From: Dehalococcoidia bacterium
Lineage (GTDB): Bacteria > Chloroflexota > Dehalococcoidia > Lucifugimonadales > Lucifugimonadaceae
Length of the DNA: 64,000 bases
NCBI GenBank assembly: GCA_963555965.3
Contig: OY821634.1
Coordinates: 1,523,754 to 1,587,753 of the forward strand
Direction of reading: 5' to 3'
The notes under the pieces were generated by a model that searched no databases, was not told the origin of the DNA, and worked only from the letters and a program-made list of their open reading frames with translations. The translations under genes were made by a program, and so were the position numbers. Below, piece by piece: positions 9,601 through 17,745 of this stretch; positions within the stretch are counted from its first letter, which is position 1, and each line of letters starts with the position of its first letter.

Positions 9601-10012
9601 TGACAGTTCCTCGAACGCGATCACCAGCACCGAGCTTGACGATCCTGCCACGGTCTGCGTACCGCTGCCGGACGAGCTGCGATCGAACATCTCGGACTTG
9701 GCAGTAGTGGCGATCAACGGCGATGATTCGCTTACGATCCTGTCAGCACGGGTCAGGATCACAACTGCTGGCACCATGGTGTGCGCTGGCTTGAGCAGCC
9801 TCCCGGCATCATTGGCGGTAGGCAGCGCCGGAGCCCCGGCAGCCATCCCGACGCCGACGCCGGAGCCCACGCCCGAACCGCCCAACACTGGTGGCAGCGC
9901 CCCGGCATCGAGCGCCACGGTCCTCTGGGCCCTGCTCCTCGGCATCGCAGTGCTGACACTAGGCTCCGTCCTGGTAATAGTCCGCCGTCGAGAGGGAACG
10001 CGAAAGAGCTAG
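6674..10012 (+). CDS. Large secreted, C-terminally anchored repeat surface protein (paralog B)
   Basis: Long ORF (track 6671-10012), ATG at 6674. Signal region, six WW-type motifs, Ig-like repeats and C-terminal tail (PNTGG, helix, RRREGTRKS) match paralog A. The C-terminal ~460 aa are nearly collinear with paralog A. Confidence 0.85.
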   Translation: MKSHTMASLMQTKVRHALGVMLAISAIFAVVISTISMPGDRATAQVDDADAEVSKRAAAWFNSLTLDEAINAILGKEADADNGTDGRQYVDTDDPADINQAIEFIYDAWTKKSATQSFYDGLPASTSVASNSGLANHVAVKALVDGSTSGATELYAVGNQISSVQGIRAFQSVKLWWNHLDCTEARTVVGEDSDDLLNSIDDDNDSNTANVLESSSVCQFPAGTTVGGDATANAISYDSLSDKTQVNQVGNALLGLTNGGTYSASDNAMAKRWWGKLNGTQRAFALYGDALTLTTPTTNQGNTAVSVPRPLIASHGYDDITTSITFTVDVDGTFTELPMDAASKALVPEVKALINDRAMLIYGNGGTGGKYEGVDAWWNSIGCLENQISVGEDNEPVASTPGEFCVASFSSLAKTQDRNADPRTVSDRERAMTVGRALLNLADIPDSGAWWNTLNATQMVNVVYGDPLEMEGDPAAPKASEADRKAFQQMYANLGTVRVVASDLPDVMIADTSGLLTRQAVPTELFDHDNNTGTSQVPGYLAKDVVDAIATEIFDPPHGLYGAYRRQNNEAIVNNLDANISENVTNNQPDDDNEFDPPYQSVGDWWETLDCRVMRLAVGEDNDYPDIETAGLEPEDYKIETSIYCGHLPGAAKATNAANTLIQDAHDRVDVVGKALLARSEVGRPSFNVAVTGIPTITGTAKVGSMLTANPDAIKDGDGVGAFSYQWIRDGADISGATGSTYTLTAADANAMISVRVSFTDGERYPESTTSVGTSVVAGSLGRISKIEPAIRDIKLSGGGTVVLSLNVYGVQGDIDNSLGGTYSWSVNGTSIEGSGRELSYTAPSSPGTYNVKATLADGDCRPKDESNRVSACSAEFEVKVLRPSAPQPAPEAPVNPPGDIPSILADSEGNQYEVFTPVEGGTFSGDGYSITAASGAVPNGEFIGVRMSDDGAASNAGMTHQRYTLGGNMYGVHAVDSSSNAITSTELDDPATVCVPLPDELRSNISDLAVVAINGDDSLTILSARVRITTAGTMVCAGLSSLPASLAVGSAGAPAAIPTPTPEPTPEPPNTGGSAPASSATVLWALLLGIAVLTLGSVLVIVRRREGTRKS

Positions 10013-10056
10013 AGGCAAAGCAGGGACGGTTCGCGAACCGCCCCTACGAACCAAAA

Positions 10057-10093
10057 GGGGCAGGCACAAACAACGTGCCTGCCTCTTTTTTTT
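10057..10093 (+). terminator. Rho-independent terminator of paralog B
   Basis: Stem GGGGCAGGCAC, loop AAACAAC, stem GTGCCTGCCTC, then T8. It is a near-identical copy of the terminator at 4556-4591. Confidence 0.85.
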
Positions 10094-10320
10094 GAACTAT
10101 GATGGGCTGTGATTGGGAATGATGGGGTGTGATCCCCTCCCCTCCCCGTCTGAGCGGGTATGCGGGTTTCCCTCCGCTCGCGGGGGAAATGTCCGAAGGA
10201 CAAAGGGGGCGGGAAGATTGCATCCCTCCCCTTTTTGCGGAGCAAAAGGGGGACGCGGCCAGCGCAGCGAGACGCAGGGGGTTCATACACCCGCACCCAT
10301 CACAGCCCATCATAGTTCAA
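10092..10320. mobile_element. MITE-like unit bounded by perfect 22-bp terminal inverted repeats
   Basis: TTGAACTATGATGGGCTGTGAT at 10092-10113 has its exact reverse complement at 10299-10320. The interior equals one unit of the 4.6-6.2 kb array. Confidence 0.45.
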
Positions 10321-10575
10321 GCATCCCCCCAACCCCCTTACGCTCCGCGAAGGGGGAGAGATTCCTCGTTGCGCTCGGAATGACAGAGGGCCAGCCAAAC
10401 CCCAAAATCACAGCCCATCATTTCAAATCATCGCAATCATAGTTCAAAAGACGGCATGAACCCCCCGCGTCTCGCTGCGCTGGCACCCCCTTCAATTCCC
10501 CCTCAGAGAGGGGGAGGGAAAGGATTTTGCTGACGTAAAACGTAGGGGCGGTTCGCGAACCGCCCCTACTGTTAT
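10321..10575. repeat. Mosaic repeat modules including a perfect 28-bp palindrome
   Basis: The palindrome GTAGGGGCGGTTCGCGAACCGCCCCTAC lies at 10542-10569. A reversed GTCATTCCGAGCG module and a CCCCCTCAGAGAGGGGGAGGG hairpin are also present. Confidence 0.85.
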
Positions 10576-10584
10576 CCTCTGGGT

Positions 10585-10935
10585 ATGGCGACTAAAGACA
10601 TGGAACGCGTTTCGCATCTGGAAGGTGCGTATGAGCACATGGCTACGAAGGCTGAACTAGCGACTCTGAACGGCGATTATCGGCTTCAGTTCGAGAGGAT
10701 CGAGCATCGTTTCGAGTCGATCGACCGTCGTTTCGAGGCTATTGACCGTCGTTTCGAGGCTATCGAAGCAACAATGCGTTCGATGCAAGAAGTGCTCGTC
10801 CAGATAGTGGAACGCCTCGATCGCATTGAGGAACGTCTGGATCGGCTTGAGAATTTGAACTCTCGAGCTATCGGCTTTCAGACGGAGGCTAGGACTCTGC
10901 GCGACGATGGTGATGAATTTCTAGGCGGTCCCTAG
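10585..10935 (+). CDS. Small coiled-coil protein (heptad RFE(A/S)IDR repeats), function unknown
   Basis: 116-aa ORF with heptad-like repeats RFESIDRRFEAIDRRFEAIE and ERLDRIEERLDRLENLNSRAIGF. It shares a C-terminal motif with the ORF at 17453-17698. It is bracketed by perfect palindromes at 10542-10569 and 10964-10991. Confidence 0.55.
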   Translation: MATKDMERVSHLEGAYEHMATKAELATLNGDYRLQFERIEHRFESIDRRFEAIDRRFEAIEATMRSMQEVLVQIVERLDRIEERLDRLENLNSRAIGFQTEARTLRDDGDEFLGGP

Positions 10936-10939
10936 AAAT

Positions 10940-11310
10940 TTTGCGGTGCCGCGGTTTCGGCTAGTAGGGGCGGTTCGCGAACCGCCCCTACCAAGTCCTT
11001 CCCCCTTTGCTGACGCAAAAGGGGAGGAGAGGCGGGCGTCCCTCCCCCTTGATGCTCAAGGGGAGCACCGCACCCCTCCCCCTTTTTGCTCCGCAAAAAG
11101 GGGGAATGAAAGGGGGTTCATACAGCGCGTAGGGTGTATGAACCCCTGCGTCTCCCTGCGCTGGCACCCCCTTCAATTCCCCCTCAGAGAGGGGGAGGGA
11201 AAGAATTTTGCTGACGCAAAAGGGGGAGGAGAGGCGGCGGCATCACAGCCCATCATTTCAAATCATCGCAATCATAGTTCAAAAGGGGGCGGTTCGCGAA
11301 CCGCCCCTAC
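10940..11310. repeat. Mosaic repeat modules with two palindrome copies
   Basis: A perfect 28-bp palindrome lies at 10964-10991. A perfect 22-bp core GGGGCGGTTCGCGAACCGCCCC lies at 11286-11307. Its flanking CTA (11307-11309) is the stop codon of the minus-strand gene. Confidence 0.85.
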
Positions 11311-12893
11311 ACCGCCTCTCCTGCCAGTATGCCTGTCAGTCTCTCGTGGTCTACGGCGACCTTGCCGTTGACTACTACGAACGGGATGCCCTCTGGGTAC
11401 TGTTCGGGGTCTTCAAATGTGGCGCGGTCGGTGATGCGGTCGGAGTCGAATACTACGATGTCTGCGAATTTTCCTTTTGCGATTTCGCCTCGATCTTTGA
11501 GTCCGAAGCGAAGTGCTGCGTTCTGGGACAGACGCTGAACCATCAACTCTAGGGGGATGTTGTGACGGCGTCGGAGGCGTCCGATCATGCGCGGGAAGCA
11601 CCCGTAGGCGCGCGGATGCACCATGCCGCCAGTGGGAATGGCGTCTGATCCCACCATGTAGTCCGGACGTTGCATCAACTCCATGATGTCGGCCTCGACC
11701 TGCTGCCACACACGCACGCTGGCAGGCGGCGCGCCACGGAAGCCGCAGTTGAGTTCCTCTTCGAGCATGACTCGGCACATCATCTCTTCGACGGATACGT
11801 TCCACTCCGCCGCCACGTCGTCGAAGTCCATACCTTCCAAATGCTTGTTCGCCTCTGAGCCGATGCTCGACCATACGTTTCCCGAGACACCGCCTCGGGT
11901 TCCGCTACGGATGCCTGCAATCACCTCTTCTCGGTTCTCACCGTCAGCCAGTAGTTTCAACATCGCTTCGGGTCCGCCCTCGTGGAACCAGCTGGGGAAG
12001 AATGTCTGCGGGAAGCTGGAACCTACAGGATAGGGGTAGGTCTCTAACGTGACATCTACGCCGTCTGACTTGGCGCGTTCGACGGGTTCGAGTATCGATT
12101 CGAGGTCGCCTGCGGAGTCTGGTTGCGTACGGTAGTGCTCAAGGTGTATCTGTGCGCCGGATCGACGTCCGATCTCCATCGCCTCTTCGACACCGCCGCC
12201 TGCGAAACCGCGATCAACGTTGTGGTTTCGAAGGTGGATGGAAAGCGGACGCTCGTACTCCTTGACGACCTTCATGATGTTTACGAGTTCGTCGGTGTCG
12301 GAGAATGAGTTGGGGTAGTAGGAGAGTCCGGTGGAGAATCCGCACGCGCCCTGTTCAAAACTCTCACGGATTATGCGCTCGACGCGTTTCCAGTTGTCGC
12401 CGGTCAGAGGCTCGTCGATCATGCCGCCTACGGCTTCGAGTCGGACGGGTCCGTGACCGAGGAACATGGCGACGTTGCACGATGTCTTGTTGTGGTAGTT
12501 CGACATCGCGGTGCCGTACGTCGACATGTCCAGATCTTCGGACGCGTAGCCCAAGATGCCGCTCAGGTAGTGCATGTACATCAAGTAGTTGTCGCGTGAG
12601 AGCGGCGCGAGGGTGAGACCGTCTGGAGCGATGATCTCGGTAGTGACTCCCTGTCGGATGCCGCAAGCGTGTTGACCGTCCCTGAGCAACGCAGCATCGG
12701 CGTGTGAGTGGACATCTATGAAGCCTGGGGTGACAGCGAGGCCGTTGGCGTCGATAACACGTATGGCGTTTGCCGCGGAGAGATCGCCGATAGCGGAGAT
12801 GCGTTTGCCGTCAATGCCGACATCGGCTCGGATGCCGGGTGCGCCGGTGCCATCGTAAACAGTGCCATTGATGATTAGCAGGTCGAATTGCAT
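11307..12893 (-). CDS. D-aminoacylase / N-acyl-D-amino-acid deacylase family amidohydrolase
   Basis: 528 aa. The N-terminus IINGTVYDGTGAPG...GIDGKRISAIGDL...VTPGFIDVHSHAD is typical of the D-aminoacylase amidohydrolase family. Confidence 0.85.
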   Translation of the reverse strand: MQFDLLIINGTVYDGTGAPGIRADVGIDGKRISAIGDLSAANAIRVIDANGLAVTPGFIDVHSHADAALLRDGQHACGIRQGVTTEIIAPDGLTLAPLSRDNYLMYMHYLSGILGYASEDLDMSTYGTAMSNYHNKTSCNVAMFLGHGPVRLEAVGGMIDEPLTGDNWKRVERIIRESFEQGACGFSTGLSYYPNSFSDTDELVNIMKVVKEYERPLSIHLRNHNVDRGFAGGGVEEAMEIGRRSGAQIHLEHYRTQPDSAGDLESILEPVERAKSDGVDVTLETYPYPVGSSFPQTFFPSWFHEGGPEAMLKLLADGENREEVIAGIRSGTRGGVSGNVWSSIGSEANKHLEGMDFDDVAAEWNVSVEEMMCRVMLEEELNCGFRGAPPASVRVWQQVEADIMELMQRPDYMVGSDAIPTGGMVHPRAYGCFPRMIGRLRRRHNIPLELMVQRLSQNAALRFGLKDRGEIAKGKFADIVVFDSDRITDRATFEDPEQYPEGIPFVVVNGKVAVDHERLTGILAGEAV

Positions 12894-13091
12894 CGGTTCT
12901 CCGTCCGTTCAAAGTATGGTTGTGCGGCTTGTGATAGCAGGATATCGCGAAAGCTTAGAATTGACTCATAGAATCGACCATTTTTCGATTCCTGTATCGC
13001 TTCAACTTGGCGAGAAAAGAGAATCCTGATAGATTAATGGCACTGTGCTCAAGTGTAGTCACGTGTATCAACACAAAGAGAAGGAACAGAC

Positions 13092-13298
13092 ATGAATGCA
13101 TCTACTGTTGAGCAGGCAACCGATCCAAAATCCGACCTGTCCGACGAAGACGTTCGTCACGCGGTTGAGATCGCCAAGGGTTTGAGAGAAGTGGCTGCCG
13201 CTGCGAAAAACTATAAGGCGGGAGAATATGCCTTGGGTTTGAAGGTGAGTAAAGGTGGAGAGGTTGTTTTCACGGTGACACGCAAAGGCTGGCTATGA
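13092..13298 (+). CDS. Hypothetical small protein (68 aa)
   Basis: The ORF is preceded by GAAGGA ~7 nt upstream. It lies in an AT-richer divergent intergenic region. No recognisable motif. Confidence 0.4.
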   Translation: MNASTVEQATDPKSDLSDEDVRHAVEIAKGLREVAAAAKNYKAGEYALGLKVSKGGEVVFTVTRKGWL

Positions 13299-13513
13299 AC
13301 GAATTGGGTGAGTTCTTCGGCAATTGGTGGCAAGAATTCGCATCGGGAGGTGGAGGAATAGCAGTAGGTTACTGGTTAAGAGGGGTTGTAAGTAACATTC
13401 GGTTCCAGTTTAGAGGTCAGTTGAACATAGACGTTGGCAACCGCAATCTATTGGATACTCCACCACGTGCGCGGTCAGATGGGACACCAGTGAACGGACA
13501 CGAAGAAGAATGA
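13295..13513 (+). CDS. Hypothetical small protein (72 aa), start overlaps upstream stop (ATGA)
   Basis: ATGA start/stop overlap with 13092-13298. It has a Gly-rich, possibly membrane-associated segment GGGGIAVGYWLRGVV. Confidence 0.35.
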   Translation: MNELGEFFGNWWQEFASGGGGIAVGYWLRGVVSNIRFQFRGQLNIDVGNRNLLDTPPRARSDGTPVNGHEEE

Positions 13514-13587
13514 CGCTGAAGCGCTTGGAGGTCGCACGGATTGTGTCCCCTCTCTCTTGATGGGGGAGGGATAGAGTGAGAGTGATC

Positions 13588-15186
13588 TCACTCTTTGGCG
13601 TAGTGGTCCCGCTCTAAAAAGGTGTTTGCCCAGGAGGCGGTGCCTTTGAGTGAGGCGTCGGTGAAGGTTACGGGGTGTTTGAGCATCTCTTGTTCCTCGC
13701 CGTAGAGTTTGAGAGTATTGTAGGCGCGTAGGTAGATGCAGTCTTTGTCGAGGATTTCGCACTTTCCGGCTCGTGTGCCGCCGCAGGGTCCGTTGCGCTG
13801 GTTCTTGACGCACTGGGATTCGGGGCAGAGTTCGGCGATTTCGGGGAGTGAGCAGTCGCCGCAGTCTCGGCAACCGTAAAGCGGAACTTTCATCATCTGC
13901 TCTGCGGCGTGGGCCACTTTGGTCGCGGTCTTGCTCTTCTCGATCTGGCGGTAGATAGCCGCGCTGGGTTTGAATCCGGGCGCGTCGCGATCGAATATCG
14001 CGTGCTTGCCGAAGCGGCCGATGCGATACGCGAGATCCGGGTGCAGCGCGCGTCTAAGGATCGACGCGGGACGGCCTCGGCGCGCGTCGTATTCGAGGTT
14101 CAGTTCGCCAGAAGCGGTGTTGGGAGTGTCGCCGGGCTCGAAGAGGTAGAACTCGTCAGGTTGTGAGTATCCGATCTCGGCGGCGGCTTCCTTCCAATCG
14201 TCGCCAGTGATACTTTCTGCGATGTCTAGTATCTGCTCGATGCGTTTGTATGTGAGCCTGCCGGAGAGGTAGACGCCGCTGTAGCCAGTTCCGCGCAGGA
14301 CAGCGATCTGCTTGGCTGCGAACTCGTTGAAGAAGGCACGTCCGCGGTCTTTCGATTTCGCAGCGCGGTTCGCAACATCGACGAGTTCGGAGTTTACAGC
14401 GACACCGGGGATGCCCCATCGACCGAAAAATCGCGCGGCGGGCGCACTCAAGACGAAGATCGAACCGAGTATCGGCGGTGCTTGATTCCCGTGTTTGTAA
14501 TTGAGGTATCGGATTAGCTCGTGATGTTTCCGGGCATCGTAGCCGATCTGAGACACGAGCCATTCGGCGCCAGTTCGGAGCTTAAAGTCCATCTTGTAGA
14601 GTTGCGTCAGATACTCGCCCTCGTACAGCTTGAACGGGTTGACCGCGGCACCGGGATGGAACGCAGTGTGTCCGAGTTCAGTGTCGGCATTGCGACGTCC
14701 GGGAAGTGTTACCCGTAAGCCTTCGTTCATGCGACGTATCATCTCGAGCAGCCCGACAGAGTCGGTGTCGAATACGGGTTGTGCTTGACCCGAAAATCCG
14801 TCTACCGGGTAGTCGCCGGAGAGGCACAAGACATTGCGAAATCCGATGCTTGAGAGCGACCACAAGCGTCCTTCAAGCGCGTTGCGGTTGTAGTCCTTGC
14901 AAGAGAGATTGATTACGACCTCGGCATCGCCACCCAGCAGTTCGCGGCCCAATGTTTCGGGAGTGATGTGTGGGTTCCCGCCGGGGTTGTCGGTGAAACA
15001 GACGGCGTCGACTCTTCCGCCCTGCGACGCTGCTTTTGCAAGGTCTATAGAGTGGCGAGCGCCTTCTTCCATGGCGAGGCCGCGGGAGGTTTCGATCTCG
15101 ATCGCGACCTTAAAGCCGTCAGATAGACGCGCGGTTATGCCGGTTTCAGCGGCGAGTGGATCTTCATCGGAATGCATGGAGTTCAA
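13588..15186 (-). CDS. Methylenetetrahydrofolate reductase-like protein with C-terminal Cys-rich MetV-like domain
   Basis: 532 aa. The N-terminal MTHFR-type TIM-barrel region contains FTDNPGGNPH and LCLSGDYP. The C-terminus CRDCGDCSLPEIAELCPESQCVKNQRNGPCGG resembles the MTHFR_C/MetV zinc-ribbon-like domain. Confidence 0.75.
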   Translation of the reverse strand: MNSMHSDEDPLAAETGITARLSDGFKVAIEIETSRGLAMEEGARHSIDLAKAASQGGRVDAVCFTDNPGGNPHITPETLGRELLGGDAEVVINLSCKDYNRNALEGRLWSLSSIGFRNVLCLSGDYPVDGFSGQAQPVFDTDSVGLLEMIRRMNEGLRVTLPGRRNADTELGHTAFHPGAAVNPFKLYEGEYLTQLYKMDFKLRTGAEWLVSQIGYDARKHHELIRYLNYKHGNQAPPILGSIFVLSAPAARFFGRWGIPGVAVNSELVDVANRAAKSKDRGRAFFNEFAAKQIAVLRGTGYSGVYLSGRLTYKRIEQILDIAESITGDDWKEAAAEIGYSQPDEFYLFEPGDTPNTASGELNLEYDARRGRPASILRRALHPDLAYRIGRFGKHAIFDRDAPGFKPSAAIYRQIEKSKTATKVAHAAEQMMKVPLYGCRDCGDCSLPEIAELCPESQCVKNQRNGPCGGTRAGKCEILDKDCIYLRAYNTLKLYGEEQEMLKHPVTFTDASLKGTASWANTFLERDHYAKE

Positions 15187-15237
15187 TTATCGCACTGCGA
15201 ATAAGATTATCCCCATTGCCACAACGTACCGAATCCC

Positions 15238-15723
15238 ATGTCATCACGCATCTTTGACCGCATATCTCTAGCTCTGGCAACCGGCTTAGGAGTTGCGTAC
15301 CTCACGCCGTTTGCGAAGGCGACGCTTGCTAGCGCGGCAACCGTCGTTGTCTTCGCGGCGCTCCACTGGGGCGACAGTGTGGTTAGGCCGTCGTTTGTAG
15401 TCGCAATTGCGGCGATATTCTTCATCGGGGTTTACGTTTCAAGCAGAGTTTCATCGGATGAAGACCCCGACCCTAGCAAGGTGGTGATTGATGAGGTCGC
15501 GGGTCAACTCGCAGCGCTTCTAATCCTCGCAAACGTCAACTTATGGTCACTGCTAGCCGCATTCGTGCTTTTCCGCCTATTCGACATCACGAAGCCACTC
15601 GGCATCCGACGGCTAGAAGCCATCCCTAATGGCTGGGGAATAATGCTCGACGACCTTGCTGCCGGATTGCTCGCCGCGGCAATCATCAACTCGGCAATCC
15701 TGATCGGCCTCGCCATTAATTGA
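15238..15723 (+). CDS. pgpA: Phosphatidylglycerophosphatase A
   Basis: 161 aa with IDEVAGQL, FRLFDITKP and GWGIMLDDLAAGLLAA, the characteristic PgpA motifs. Confidence 0.85.
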   Translation: MSSRIFDRISLALATGLGVAYLTPFAKATLASAATVVVFAALHWGDSVVRPSFVVAIAAIFFIGVYVSSRVSSDEDPDPSKVVIDEVAGQLAALLILANVNLWSLLAAFVLFRLFDITKPLGIRRLEAIPNGWGIMLDDLAAGLLAAAIINSAILIGLAIN

Positions 15724-15726
15724 GGA

Positions 15727-17424
15727 TTATCCGGAACGACGTTCTCCAACGTTCCCAGGTCCGCGATGCTGCGAAATGTGGTCTCGTTTGCCTTTGAACC
15801 GCTTCGCCAATACTCCCTCGCGAACGGGCCATAGCACCACCCCAGCGCGTTCAGCCCAAGCATCGTATTCGTCGATCATCGACGCCACTCGTTGCGGTTC
15901 AGATGCCGCGTAGTCATGCTGCTCGGTGCGATCCTCAGGGATGTTGTAAAGCTCCCACGCGCAGTCCCACTCGGCAACGAGCTTCCAATCGCCGATACGG
16001 ATGCCCCGGTTACCTTCATGCTCCACAGCGACCGGCTTCTCGCGAGACCAATCTTTGCCCTCCAATATCGGAACTATCGACTCGCCTTCCAACGGAGTAA
16101 TCTCGTTGCCAGCGTATTCAGTCGGGTAGGCAGCGTCGACTGCATCGTAGATCGTCGCCGAGATGTCGGTGATGTGCATCGGGATGTTGTCGACGATTGC
16201 GCTTTCCGTGATCGTTTCGGGCCAGTGGACGATGAACGGAGTGGAGATCCCGCCTTCGTGTATCCACCGCTTGAAGAACCGGAAAGGTGTGTTCGAGACG
16301 TTCGCCCACGGGAGTTCAACAGCTTGGAAAGTGGTGTCGGGACCAGGGCGTAGCTCAGGTATGTCGCCGACACGCACGGGTTGTCCGTCCAGGGTTGGTT
16401 CCGTTGCCCATTGCGACGGGTCGGGCCAATCGTCGTCCTCCTGGAAAAGCTCCGCGCAACCGCCGTTGTCCGAGAGAAACATGATGAGCGTGTTATCGAA
16501 CTGGCCATGTCGTTTGAGAGTGTCGATGACGCGTCCGACCCCGCGATCGACCTGCTCGATCATGGCACAGTACACGGCCATGCGAATATCTTCGTACTCT
16601 TTGTTCCGCACTTCGTTCCACGGCGGCGCGTCCTCGTCGCGTGCAGAGATTGGCCATTTATCGTCGACGATACCGAGTGCCTTCTGCTGTTCGTGACGGG
16701 AGCCTCGAATCTCGTCCCAACCGCGCATGTATTTGCCTTCGTACTTGGCGATATCGTCTTCCCACGCGTGCAATGGCCAGTGCGGCGCCGTAAACGCGAT
16801 GTATTGGAAGAACGGCTCGCCATCGGTCATCGCGTCGTCGATCTGAGACACTGCGTGGTCGCTGATGGCATCTGTGAGGTGGAAATCGGAGGATTCGACG
16901 TTTATCAAGGTGTCTTGGAGCACCAGAGCTTTGGGATTCCAGAACGAGTCGGCAGCCTCAAGGAGACCGAAGTATTTGTCGAAGCCGCGCTGGGTTGGTA
17001 GGGGATGCGTCTCGTCGCCTGGCATCCATTGGTCGCGGAGCCGCCGATCGTATCCACCGCCGACGTGCCACTTGCCTGACATTAAAGTGCGATACCCAGC
17101 CGATTTGACGACTTCGGCGATCGTGACGCAGCTATCGTTCAGATAGCCTCGATAACTCGGTACACCCAAGTCAGCAGTCATCTGTCCGATGCCGGCTTGG
17201 TGGGGGTTCAAGCCTGTAAGAAGAGCGGCACGAGACGGGCAGCAGCGAGCACCGTTGTACATCTGCGTGAATCGGATGCCGTTGTTGCCGAGGGAGTCGA
17301 GGTTAGGGGTGTTGATATCGCCGCCGTAACAGCCGATGTCGGAGAAGCCGAGGTCATCGACCATGATGATGATGACATTTGGACGCGACGCGTTCGAATT
17401 ATCTTCCGTCTGGTTCGACATCAT
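15727..17424 (-). CDS. Arylsulfatase (formylglycine-dependent sulfatase family)
   Basis: 565 aa. NVIIIMVDDLGFSDIGCYGG and the CCPSRAALLTG (C-x-P-x-R) formylglycine motif are present. Confidence 0.9.
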   Translation of the reverse strand: MMSNQTEDNSNASRPNVIIIMVDDLGFSDIGCYGGDINTPNLDSLGNNGIRFTQMYNGARCCPSRAALLTGLNPHQAGIGQMTADLGVPSYRGYLNDSCVTIAEVVKSAGYRTLMSGKWHVGGGYDRRLRDQWMPGDETHPLPTQRGFDKYFGLLEAADSFWNPKALVLQDTLINVESSDFHLTDAISDHAVSQIDDAMTDGEPFFQYIAFTAPHWPLHAWEDDIAKYEGKYMRGWDEIRGSRHEQQKALGIVDDKWPISARDEDAPPWNEVRNKEYEDIRMAVYCAMIEQVDRGVGRVIDTLKRHGQFDNTLIMFLSDNGGCAELFQEDDDWPDPSQWATEPTLDGQPVRVGDIPELRPGPDTTFQAVELPWANVSNTPFRFFKRWIHEGGISTPFIVHWPETITESAIVDNIPMHITDISATIYDAVDAAYPTEYAGNEITPLEGESIVPILEGKDWSREKPVAVEHEGNRGIRIGDWKLVAEWDCAWELYNIPEDRTEQHDYAASEPQRVASMIDEYDAWAERAGVVLWPVREGVLAKRFKGKRDHISQHRGPGNVGERRSG

Positions 17425-17452
17425 TGCTTCCTTAGGGACGCAAGTCCGATCG

Positions 17453-17698
17453 CTAAGTGTCGCGAGTGGCGAAGCCGATGGCTCTTTGGTTAAGTTGCTC
17501 CAAGCGATCCAAGCGTTCTAGGACTGAGCCCAATATCGTTTCGATCCGGTCAAATCTCGCCGCATTCTCCGTGTTGATTTGCATCATATGAGCCTGCAAC
17601 TGAGCTTGCAGCTGCATCAGGCTGGCGAGCGTTTGCTGGTTACTGGCGATGGTGTTCTCTCGCAAGGCATCAAGTTCTTCAGAAGTCACGATAAGCAA
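17453..17698 (-). CDS. Small coiled-coil protein, paralog of 10585-10935
   Basis: 81 aa ending RFDRIETILGSVLERLDRLEQLNQRAIGFATRDT. A GAGGAG box suggests the true start may be the GTG at 17689. Confidence 0.5.
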   Translation of the reverse strand: MLIVTSEELDALRENTIASNQQTLASLMQLQAQLQAHMMQINTENAARFDRIETILGSVLERLDRLEQLNQRAIGFATRDT

Positions 17699-17745
17699 AT
17701 CTCCTCTGTCGCGTCAATCTTAACAGAGCGCGAATCTTCTACTGT

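Noticed and set aside
1059-10012. Diversity-generating retroelement as the explanation for the variable N-terminal halves of the two surface-protein paralogs.
   Set aside because: There is no reverse transcriptase, no template/variable repeat pair with adenine-specific differences, and no IMH-like element in the window. The divergence is spread over the whole N-terminal two-thirds.
13573-13596. Hairpin AGAGTGAG-AGTGAT-CTCACTCT as a terminator for the small ORF pair.
   Set aside because: It overlaps the stop codon and last codons of the convergent MTHFR-like gene and has only a short T tract. It is plausible but not supportable on sequence alone.
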